This document shows, piece after piece, positions 43,798-51,896 of a stretch of DNA of 64,000 nucleotides. The stretch's first letter is position 1, and each line of letters opens with the position of its first letter. Position numbers and translations under genes: made by a program. Source of the stretch: a virus. Taxonomy: Duplodnaviria; Caudoviricetes. Location: IMG/VR virus record IMGVR_UViG_3300035670_000190, positions 1,576-65,575 of that record; one strand, given 5' to 3'. The notes under the pieces were generated by a model. It was not told the DNA's origin. It did not search any database and saw only the letters and a list, made by a program, of their open reading frames with translations.

Positions 43798-43808
43798 AAG
43801 AGTAAAAA

Positions 43809-44273
43809 ATGGCAATTACTAAACTTCCAGATAGAGCTATTCAGCAACCATTTGCCAATGAATTGGATCTGAACAACACACTTAAATTGAAAGATGTGAT
43901 CGAAAAAATCACAGTGAATACTTCTGCCATGGGAGCAAATATTGCGTTTGATTTTCTAGAAAATTCAATAGTATATCATACAGCTAATTCCACTGCTAAT
44001 TCGACAATCAACTTTCGTGGAAATAGTAGTGTTTCTTTAAATGAATTTTTGTCTGCAAATCAAGCAGTAAGTGCTGCGATATTAATTACTAATGGCGCAA
44101 CGGGTTATACGATTGCAAATGTGCAAATCGATGGAAACACAGTCACACCAAAGCTCTCTGGAAATACAACACCTGTTGCAAATACAAATGCTGTTGATCT
44201 TTATTCATATACCATTGTTAAAACAGCAGATAGTCAATTCACGGTATTTGCTGGCAAAACAGAGTTTGTTTAA
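43809..44273 (+). CDS. putative fibre adaptor protein
   Basis: MAITKLP start; N.T.NFRG and VDLYSYTIVKT...FTVFA beta domain; 2 nt before propeller F. Confidence 0.65.
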   Translation: MAITKLPDRAIQQPFANELDLNNTLKLKDVIEKITVNTSAMGANIAFDFLENSIVYHTANSTANSTINFRGNSSVSLNEFLSANQAVSAAILITNGATGYTIANVQIDGNTVTPKLSGNTTPVANTNAVDLYSYTIVKTADSQFTVFAGKTEFV

Positions 44274-44275
44274 AA

Positions 44276-45319
44276 ATGCCACAATTTTCGCGACTATCTT
44301 CTAGAAGCTCGTTCACAGTTGCTGGTAGAAAATATATTTTCGACTCTACGCCTACTGAACCAACAGAGCCATATACTTTTCAAGGAACAGTTAGCGGTTA
44401 TACGAGCGGTGGAGCATATTTTTCTATTGTAAGCACTGTTGATAAATTCCCATTTGCCTCTGATACAAATGCTTCTGGTGTAGGCAATTTAACTCAAGCA
44501 AGAAATACTGTAGCAGGTCAAAGTTCTAATAGCAATGGCTACACGAGCGGCGGAAATGCACCATTAGCAACCAATACTATTGACAAGTTCCCATTTGCCT
44601 CTGATACAAACGCAACTGATGTAGGCGATTTGACTCAAGGAAGATATGGAGCGGCTGGTCAAAGTTCTACTCAAAGCGGTTACACTAGTGGGGGAAGAAG
44701 AATATCACCACCGCCTACGCCACCATTTGTTGTTAACTCTATTGATAAATTCCCGTTTTCAACAAACGCGAATGCCTCTGACGTCGGCGATTTGACATTA
44801 GGGAGATATGGTTTAGCAGGACAAAGTAGTGCTGATAATGGGTATACAACTGGAGGTCGTCCACCTCCTGGAGCTGGTCTCAATACAATTGATAAATTCC
44901 CATTTGCAACGAATGCAAATGCAACTGATGTCGGAGATTTGACACAAGCGAGATATAATCCTGCGGGTCAAAGTTCTGAAACTCATGGATATACAAGTGG
45001 TGGAACAAAATTTGCTCCGCCGTTCAATGCTCCACCAGTTGGTAATTATTATCAAAGAACGGTTGATAAATTTTCTTTTGCTTCTAATGCCAATGCAACT
45101 AATGTTGGCAACTTAACAGAAGGAAGAACTGGTGGGGCTGGTCAAAGTTCAACTATTAGTGGATATACTGGTGGCGGATATGGCGGTTATGTTCCTGGTT
45201 CTTATGTACCAGGGAATGTTAATACAATTGATAAATTTCCATTCTCTTCTGATGCAAATGCTTCTGATGTTGGCGATTTATCGCAAACGAGAGCATATGC
45301 TGCGGGTCAACAAGTATAG
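44276..45319 (+). CDS. six-repeat Kelch-like propeller F (longest, Pro-rich loops)
   Basis: Six repeats from [12 protein letters not shown] to AGQQV. Confidence 0.8.
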   Translation: MPQFSRLSSRSSFTVAGRKYIFDSTPTEPTEPYTFQGTVSGYTSGGAYFSIVSTVDKFPFASDTNASGVGNLTQARNTVAGQSSNSNGYTSGGNAPLATNTIDKFPFASDTNATDVGDLTQGRYGAAGQSSTQSGYTSGGRRISPPPTPPFVVNSIDKFPFSTNANASDVGDLTLGRYGLAGQSSADNGYTTGGRPPPGAGLNTIDKFPFATNANATDVGDLTQARYNPAGQSSETHGYTSGGTKFAPPFNAPPVGNYYQRTVDKFSFASNANATNVGNLTEGRTGGAGQSSTISGYTGGGYGGYVPGSYVPGNVNTIDKFPFSSDANASDVGDLSQTRAYAAGQQV

Positions 45320-45323
45320 AGCG

Positions 45324-45331
45324 TATAAATA
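45324..45331 (+). promoter_or_regulatory. T4-type late promoter TATAAATA driving the enzyme cassette
   Basis: Exact consensus between the propeller F stop and the glycosyltransferase. Confidence 0.85.
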
Positions 45332-45367
45332 CTTGATCTAATTTGTAATTTATTATATAATTTGTCT

Positions 45368-46378
45368 ATGAAACTACATGTACTAGCAAACCCAAGAAAT
45401 CCCACTGGTCTCATGAATCGCGTTGATCCCTTTGCGGTTCATGCTTACAAATACATCGATCAACTTCGAACTCGATTCGAAGTAATTCACTACGGCATTC
45501 CTGGCGCGCAGGTAAATTGCGAACATGTTGATTTGCCCATAAAAACTCCTCCTGATAAAGAACAATTAGAAAAGTTTGCAAGACTTGCAGGAGAAGAAAT
45601 TCGCAAGAGAAAGAATCCAGGAGATATTATCGCATGTTTCTTCGGTCTTGAGAATAAACTTGCTTGTGATATGAATCCAGATTGTATTCCCGTTGAACCT
45701 TCTATCGGTTATAGAGCCAATGGAATCTTTGCTCCTTATCGAGTCTTCACTTCTTATGCTCAAATGCATATGTTTTACGGTGAACGAGGAATGCTCATGA
45801 ATCCTTCTTGGTTCGATGAAGTAATTCCCAATCCATTTACAGTGAGTGAATTTGAATTTTCAGAAAAAAAAGAAGATTTCTTTTTATTTTTTGGTCGAGT
45901 CATTGAAGAGAAAGGTATTCACTTAGCCATTCAAGCTACAGAAAAACTCGGAGTTAAATTAGTAGTCGCAGGTCCTGGAAGTTTATCCTCTCTTGGATAT
46001 AAACAAACACCAAATCATGTTGAGTGTATTGGTCCTGCTGATGCTGAGGCTAGAAAAGATTTAATGAAACGCGCAAAAGGTTTGTTAGGATTAACATACT
46101 ATGTTGAACCATTCGGAAATATGACCATTGAAGCGAATTTAAGTGGAACTCCAGCCATTACAACTGACTGGGGTGGATTCACTGAGACTGTTATTGAAGG
46201 TAAAACTGGATATCGAGTTAGAAACTTTCGGGAATTGATTGACGCAATGAAAAATATTGAATCAATTAAACCCATAGATTGTCGTAATCATGGGTTAAAT
46301 TATTCTGATGAAGCTGTGCATGATCGTCATTATGAATATATACTTCGCGTGAAAAGGAATGGCTTTTATGACGAGTAA
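45368..46378 (+). CDS. GT-B fold glycosyltransferase (GT4-like)
   Basis: FLFFGR..EEKG...AI, the EPFG....EA (EX7E) motif and GTP.I.TDWG.F.E.V..G.TG. Confidence 0.9.
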   Translation: MKLHVLANPRNPTGLMNRVDPFAVHAYKYIDQLRTRFEVIHYGIPGAQVNCEHVDLPIKTPPDKEQLEKFARLAGEEIRKRKNPGDIIACFFGLENKLACDMNPDCIPVEPSIGYRANGIFAPYRVFTSYAQMHMFYGERGMLMNPSWFDEVIPNPFTVSEFEFSEKKEDFFLFFGRVIEEKGIHLAIQATEKLGVKLVVAGPGSLSSLGYKQTPNHVECIGPADAEARKDLMKRAKGLLGLTYYVEPFGNMTIEANLSGTPAITTDWGGFTETVIEGKTGYRVRNFRELIDAMKNIESIKPIDCRNHGLNYSDEAVHDRHYEYILRVKRNGFYDE

Positions 46379-47123
46379 ATTGTTTATAGTTGGATCTTCC
46401 ATTCAAACGAGAAGCAATAGACTTACATATAGCAAAGTGAGAACTATTTTTTCGAGAGAAGAACGATTACGTCAGACGATTTTCACAATCAATTCAATCA
46501 CAAATGCTTTCCCTGATAGCAAAATAGTTCTTGTTGATTCCTCAGATGATACTAAAGACATCGAAATTTCATTTAAATATTTCAAAAATGTAGAATTTAT
46601 CGCATTAAAAGAATTATCAGGCGAAGCTCATGAAATTGTTAACACTCATAAAAATAAAAGTTTATGTGAGTCTTTGCTATTAAATACATATTATACTCAA
46701 TACAAAAAATACATAAAAGAATTTGATTTTGTAGTAAAGGCATGTGGTCGGTATTTTTACTTCGACATGCTAGATTCTTTCTTTACAGAAGAAAATAAAG
46801 ATAAAATATTTTTTAAAAAACCATTAAAATTTAAATGGAACGATACTTGGAATTATCAATATATTGACGCAAGAGAAACTCAAAAAGACGATTTTATCCG
46901 TCAATACTGTACAGTGTTATATGGGTTCGGTTCTTCTCATTTACATAAATTTATAGATATGAATGAAGCGATTGTACATCTCATTTCTTATCCTCAGATG
47001 AGTCACTTTGATGTTGAAACTCTTTCTTACTATATGACTCGACCGTTTCAATCTCAAATAATTGAAACCGATTGGCGCGTTTGCGGCTGGGATGGCACTA
47101 GCGGAAAATTTATGTTTTATTAA
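46359..47123 (+). CDS. hypothetical protein, possibly glycosyltransferase-related
   Basis: ER..QT..TI.SI...IVLVDSS and VK..GRY segments; context between GT and oxygenase genes. May start at ATG 46368. Confidence 0.45.
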   Translation: MAFMTSKLFIVGSSIQTRSNRLTYSKVRTIFSREERLRQTIFTINSITNAFPDSKIVLVDSSDDTKDIEISFKYFKNVEFIALKELSGEAHEIVNTHKNKSLCESLLLNTYYTQYKKYIKEFDFVVKACGRYFYFDMLDSFFTEENKDKIFFKKPLKFKWNDTWNYQYIDARETQKDDFIRQYCTVLYGFGSSHLHKFIDMNEAIVHLISYPQMSHFDVETLSYYMTRPFQSQIIETDWRVCGWDGTSGKFMFY

Positions 47124-47135
47124 AAGAGAGCAAGA

Positions 47136-47693
47136 ATGAAAACTACTGTGATCATAACTGACAACTTTTACCAAAATCCAGATAATATTCGGAATTATGC
47201 ATTAAGTTTACCGTTTGAAGTATCGGGGAATTATCCAGGGAAAAGAACTGTACCCTATCTTCCCGTGGATGTTAAGGATACAATTCAATTTATAGTGCAA
47301 AATGCAGGTGGCAAAATAACTGAATGGTTTGAAAGTTCTGGGTACACTGGAGCGTTTCAAATTTGCACTGCAAAAGACCGTACATGGATTCATTCTGATG
47401 AATATAATACTTGGGCTGGTGTGTGTTATTTGACTCCAAATGCGCCTCTTTCTTCAGGCACTAGTTTATATCGATATAAAGAAACTAATGAATGGGAAAG
47501 AAAAGATCATAGTGTTCCTTATTATGATGGATATGATTACACTAAATGGGATAAAACAGACTATATTGCGAACAAATACAATAGACTTGTTTTGTATAGA
47601 GGCAATATTTACCATGCATCATTAGACTATTTCGGCGATAGTCTAGAAAATGGTAGATTATTTCAAACATTTTTCTTTAATACAGAATATTAA
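47136..47693 (+). CDS. DUF6445-like 2OG-Fe(II) oxygenase-fold protein
   Basis: DNFY.NPD.IR, YPG.RT, HSD (HxD), AGV.YL.P, YNRLVLY....H and RL.Q.FF motifs. Confidence 0.8.
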   Translation: MKTTVIITDNFYQNPDNIRNYALSLPFEVSGNYPGKRTVPYLPVDVKDTIQFIVQNAGGKITEWFESSGYTGAFQICTAKDRTWIHSDEYNTWAGVCYLTPNAPLSSGTSLYRYKETNEWERKDHSVPYYDGYDYTKWDKTDYIANKYNRLVLYRGNIYHASLDYFGDSLENGRLFQTFFFNTEY

Positions 47694-48199
47694 TGAATCT
47701 GATTCCCAATTTTTTAGAAGAAAACGTAATCCAACAAATTTTGGATTACTATGAAAGTAAAAAATGTACTGCTTCATTTGAAGTTGCAGAACATGGAAGA
47801 TGGGTTAAAGATCTGTATACAGGAAATATGGGCTCTGTTTATATCTTACCTCTTGAGAATTTTAGAAATTACTTTACTCAAAAATTTAGTTCAATTTTCC
47901 CAGAATATAGGATCAGTACAATTTATATGCATATCTGGAACATCGGCAGTCATATCAACTGGCACACGGACGGCGATGAAAACAGAGCTGCAGCGACAAT
48001 TTATCTAAATGAATTATGGGATCCTAACTGGGGTGGACTGTTTTTATTCGACAATAATGGACATGCTAGTTGGTTCAATCCACAATATAACGGGTGCGCT
48101 TATTTTAAAAGCCCAATGTGGCATAGTGTTACAATGATCAATCGTAATGCTCAATATCCTAGATTGAGTGTTCAATTATTTTTTGATAAGAGCTTATAA
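47693..48199 (+). CDS. 2OG-Fe(II) oxygenase, prolyl-hydroxylase-like
   Basis: WHTD, TIYLN..W..NWGG.F, P..N, HSV and RLS give the full HxD...H and RxS signature. Confidence 0.88.
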   Translation: MNLIPNFLEENVIQQILDYYESKKCTASFEVAEHGRWVKDLYTGNMGSVYILPLENFRNYFTQKFSSIFPEYRISTIYMHIWNIGSHINWHTDGDENRAAATIYLNELWDPNWGGLFLFDNNGHASWFNPQYNGCAYFKSPMWHSVTMINRNAQYPRLSVQLFFDKSL

Positions 48200-48948
48200 T
48201 GAAAATTTTACATGTAATTTTTTCTACTAATCGATTAAAGTATCTAACTAAGACTCTTGAATCCCACAAATACTTAGATTATGGAAACCATGAAGTCACC
48301 AAACTCATCATCGATGATTATCCCAAGACTCGAAATGATGCGATATTTGAATTGCTTTGCAAAACGCACAAGATGCTACATTGGCTACATAAAGAAAATT
48401 TGGGGTTATCAGTAACGTGGACTCAATTTTTTAGTTATCTGAAAAATCAAAGTTACGATTATATTCTACACCAAGAAGATGACGTCGTTCTACTTGAGTC
48501 CATTAAGATTGATGACATGATCGAATGCTTAGAATCAGATAATAAAATCGCTTCAGTTGTTCTTCAACGTCAACCTTGGTATTTTCATGAAACTGAATCG
48601 GTGATCGAAGAGACTGATATACCATTCAAGAATTATTTTTATAGAAAAAATAACAAAACCTTCCCAATCATTTTTAGTTTGTACAAACGTTCGATCATCG
48701 AATACCCATTTATAGATTATTGGAAATTTAATCTAAATGAAGGTATGATCATGGTCTATTTGGATCATTTTCATCAAATGTACTCGGTTAATCTTAAAAA
48801 TTCACTTGGAAAACACATCATAGAACATATAGGCGAGGAAACTATCGGAAAAAGAATCCTCCCAGGAGAACCTAGATGGGAAAATTTCGCTCATATGCAC
48901 CCAGATCGAGTCTATAGTTCTCGTGATGGGAGTTTAATTAGAGATTAA
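48199..48948 (+). CDS. GT-A fold glycosyltransferase (GT2-like)
   Basis: NR..YL.KTL.S, IIDD, N.GL, YDYILHQEDD and the C-terminal HIG motif. Confidence 0.8.
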   Translation: MKILHVIFSTNRLKYLTKTLESHKYLDYGNHEVTKLIIDDYPKTRNDAIFELLCKTHKMLHWLHKENLGLSVTWTQFFSYLKNQSYDYILHQEDDVVLLESIKIDDMIECLESDNKIASVVLQRQPWYFHETESVIEETDIPFKNYFYRKNNKTFPIIFSLYKRSIIEYPFIDYWKFNLNEGMIMVYLDHFHQMYSVNLKNSLGKHIIEHIGEETIGKRILPGEPRWENFAHMHPDRVYSSRDGSLIRD

Positions 48949-48955
48949 CTAAATA
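48948..48955 (+). promoter_or_regulatory. probable late promoter variant ACTAAATA
   Basis: TAAATA core just after the stop; the same variant precedes gp18 and gp67. Confidence 0.55.
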
Positions 48956-48985
48956 GGTATTAACAGGTAAATATATGGAATTTTG

Positions 48986-49618
48986 ATGCCAGTACCTACA
49001 ATACCGAGCGCAATTTCAGCTTCTTCAATTCAAACTGAGTTTGACGGATCCAATCCGATCTCACTCAGTGAATATTATTCAGGTTCTGGGTTAGTTCCTT
49101 CCGGAACTGCAAATGCTACCAGTGTTTTAATTCCATCTTCAGGAAATCCTCTTAGATTTTCTAATTTTTCTGGAGCGCAGAAAATTGCATCTTCAACTGC
49201 GGCATTCACTGTAGGGTTTAGTAATTTAGGCAGTGCATTCGCCACAATGTATGGCTACAATTTTGTATTCAGTCCATCATTTCCAATTGGTAGCATGAGT
49301 CCAACTGCGACCATAGGATCTAGAACGGTTGTACGTTTATATGACAGTTATGTTTTTGGCGGACATCAAGCTGTTGTGTTTTCAGTAAATGGGAATCAAA
49401 CTGGATCTTGGTGGAATACTATACAATGGACACATGGAACAACAGGCTATTCGGTTACGGTAAATAGATCTGCAGCCAACCCAAGCGAACAATTAGGGGT
49501 TTATGAAAGTTCTCCGAATATTACAAGCTGGTATTTGTTTGGAACAACATTATTAATGAAAAATGCTTCCACTATTACTCCTGCTGGCGAATCAGGCACC
49601 ATTGTAATTACTGCATAA
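48986..49618 (+). CDS. putative distal fibre tip/adhesin protein
   Basis: N-terminal IS.S.IQTEF.GSNPISLSEYY...IPSSG...FSNF.G motif typical of fibre-tip proteins; aromatic-rich beta C-terminus. Confidence 0.6.
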   Translation: MPVPTIPSAISASSIQTEFDGSNPISLSEYYSGSGLVPSGTANATSVLIPSSGNPLRFSNFSGAQKIASSTAAFTVGFSNLGSAFATMYGYNFVFSPSFPIGSMSPTATIGSRTVVRLYDSYVFGGHQAVVFSVNGNQTGSWWNTIQWTHGTTGYSVTVNRSAANPSEQLGVYESSPNITSWYLFGTTLLMKNASTITPAGESGTIVITA

Positions 49619-49631
49619 CGAGTACTCATTT

Positions 49632-50249
49632 ATGACAACTTCAACATCGCTTATACCTCAAATAAAAAACAGCACTAGTATCCAAATAAACGAGGATTTT
49701 AATGTTTCTTTTGTAACATTTGTTGATAATTCTCAGTTTTATAGATCTAAAAATTTTCAACAATTGTTTATTGAAAAACAATTTTTAGCTCCAAGTAAAA
49801 ATAGAGTGCTTTCTGCCGCATATGAAAATAATGTTGAATTTGGATGTTATGAAACACTATATGTTTGTATTGGAGGAAACGCTGAGCACGTGATGTCTTC
49901 TTCTAACAATGTCAATTATAGTGTTGATTGGAATTTCGGCGATCATAATTTAGAAAATGGTTCAGGATATTTGCCTAAAAAAGAAAATACGCTAATTTGC
50001 AACAACAATTTTACATTGTGCACTCTTTATCCAACCTTCAATAAGACTAATACTAGAATATATAACTTTGAGATTTTGAAAGAAGATACAACCTTAAATA
50101 AAAATATCAACTTTGCGCATGTTGCATATGGTGCAGTGAGCATAGGCGACCAAGTTTACACGCAGCAAGCAAACATTTTCAATTTAACCGAAAACACAAG
50201 ATTATCATTCGCTGGTGAAAGTATTGTGATTTTAGGTTATACAATTTAA
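49632..50249 (+). CDS. hypothetical protein
   Basis: 205-aa ORF filling the gap before gp13; no motif recognised. Confidence 0.6.
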   Translation: MTTSTSLIPQIKNSTSIQINEDFNVSFVTFVDNSQFYRSKNFQQLFIEKQFLAPSKNRVLSAAYENNVEFGCYETLYVCIGGNAEHVMSSSNNVNYSVDWNFGDHNLENGSGYLPKKENTLICNNNFTLCTLYPTFNKTNTRIYNFEILKEDTTLNKNINFAHVAYGAVSIGDQVYTQQANIFNLTENTRLSFAGESIVILGYTI

Positions 50250-50261
50250 TAGGGTCTATAA

Positions 50262-51023
50262 ATGGCATCACCAGCTTCAAGAACACAATTAAAAGATTAC
50301 TGTCTAAGAAAATTGGGATTTCCTGTAATTGACATTAATCTCGACGACGATCAGGTTGAAGACAGAGTTGATGATGCGTTGCAAAAATTTAGAGAATATA
50401 GCTATGATGGTACAGAAGAAATTTATCTTGCTCATCAGGTAACTGCGAATAACATTACCGATGGATATATCGATGTTTCCGATAATATTAGCGGGATAGC
50501 TAGAGTTTTACCTATTAGTGGTAGCAGTATTAGTTCTAATGCTTCGCAAGGATTTAATATTTTTGATATCAACTATCAAATTCGTTTGAACGATTTTTAT
50601 AATCTTCTTTCAAGTTCTTACACCTACTATGTGATCGCACGTCAGCATCTTTCTATGCTAGATATGATTGTAACGGGCGAATTACCATTTACCTTTAACA
50701 AAAAAACTAGCCGAGTATACATTCAAATGGATTGGGCTGGGAGATTAGATGCTGATCAATATGTGGTGTTTCAAGCAAATAGAATTGTAGATGAAAGCAC
50801 ATATAGCAAGGTATTTAATGATATTTGGTTAAAGTCATATACAACTGCATTAATTAAACGTCAATGGGGCTCAAATTTGACCAAATATGCAAATTATACA
50901 CTTCCAGGTGGTTTGGTAGTAAATGGTGAAAAAATTTATACTGATGCGGTAGAAGAAATTGAAAAATTAGAAGTTGAATTACGTGACACATATGAAATGC
51001 CACCTCAAATGATTGTGGGATAA
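50262..51023 (+). CDS. gp13: neck protein
   Basis: SR..LKDYCLRKLG.PVI.IN.DDDQ.EDR.D.A and K.QWG.NL.KY...LPGG..NG motifs. Confidence 0.95.
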   Translation: MASPASRTQLKDYCLRKLGFPVIDINLDDDQVEDRVDDALQKFREYSYDGTEEIYLAHQVTANNITDGYIDVSDNISGIARVLPISGSSISSNASQGFNIFDINYQIRLNDFYNLLSSSYTYYVIARQHLSMLDMIVTGELPFTFNKKTSRVYIQMDWAGRLDADQYVVFQANRIVDESTYSKVFNDIWLKSYTTALIKRQWGSNLTKYANYTLPGGLVVNGEKIYTDAVEEIEKLEVELRDTYEMPPQMIVG

Positions 51024-51029
51024 AAACTA

Positions 51030-51896
51030 ATGGCAACATCAGTATATTTTAATAATCAAGGTGCACTAAAAGAACAATTTCTTATAGAAGACTTGATTAT
51101 AGAATCAATTAAAAACCATGGAATAGATGTATATTACATCCCACGCTCTTCTAGATCTTCAGTAGATGAGCTGTATGGTGATGATCCAGTTAAATCCTTT
51201 GATACTGCATTTTTGGTAGAGATGTATTTGGAAACTTTTGAAGACTTCGAAGGTAATCAAGAATTTTTCTCTAAATTTGGTCTTGAAATTCAAAAGTCTG
51301 GACGCGTGGCGATTGCTAGAAGAACATTTCAAAAATATATCTCCAGCGAGGAAAGAAATTCTCCCAAAGAAGGTGATTTAATTTATCTCCCAGTACAGCA
51401 AAAATTAATGGAAATTAAATTTGTAGAAGAAGAAAAAAACTTTTTCCAAGCAGGTAAAGTTGCACCATATATGTACGTGTTATCTATAGAAGCATTTAAA
51501 TACAATGGTGAATTTTTCAATACTGGAATGTCTGAAGTTGACGATATTCAAAATGTTGAGTCTTTTGCTGTTTCTTTTACTATGAATTCAGGTGGAACAG
51601 GAACGTACGAAATAGATGAACAAGTATATCAAGGATCATCGCTTGCTAATGCAACTGCTGCTGCATATGTTATTAGTTGGGATCTACCTAGCCTCACCTT
51701 AAAATTGCGTAACATAAAGGGCATATTAGCATCCAATGAAGCAATCAAAGGTGTAAATTCCAACGCTAACTGGAGCATGTTAAGCGGAAATACTCAAGAA
51801 GACTCAAATGATTTATTTGATGACAATGTGCGTATAGAAACAGAAGCTGATAATTTCCTCGATTTTAGTGAAGGCAATCCTTTCGGTGAACCTTAA
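51030..51896 (+). CDS. gp14: neck protein
   Basis: EQ.LIEDL..ESI...G.DV.YIPR, SKFGL, P.EGDLIY.P and DFSE.NPFG motifs. Confidence 0.95.
   Translation: MATSVYFNNQGALKEQFLIEDLIIESIKNHGIDVYYIPRSSRSSVDELYGDDPVKSFDTAFLVEMYLETFEDFEGNQEFFSKFGLEIQKSGRVAIARRTFQKYISSEERNSPKEGDLIYLPVQQKLMEIKFVEEEKNFFQAGKVAPYMYVLSIEAFKYNGEFFNTGMSEVDDIQNVESFAVSFTMNSGGTGTYEIDEQVYQGSSLANATAAAYVISWDLPSLTLKLRNIKGILASNEAIKGVNSNANWSMLSGNTQEDSNDLFDDNVRIETEADNFLDFSEGNPFGEP

Noticed and set aside
36195-45319. Diversity-generating retroelement as the source of propeller variability
   Set aside because: No reverse transcriptase and no template/variable repeat pair differing only at adenines is visible in the window. The variation includes length changes.
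36300-45319. CRISPR-like array (conserved gataaattcccattcgc..gatgttggcgattt units with variable spacers)
   Set aside because: The repeats are degenerate at synonymous positions, stay in frame within protein genes, and there are no cas genes.
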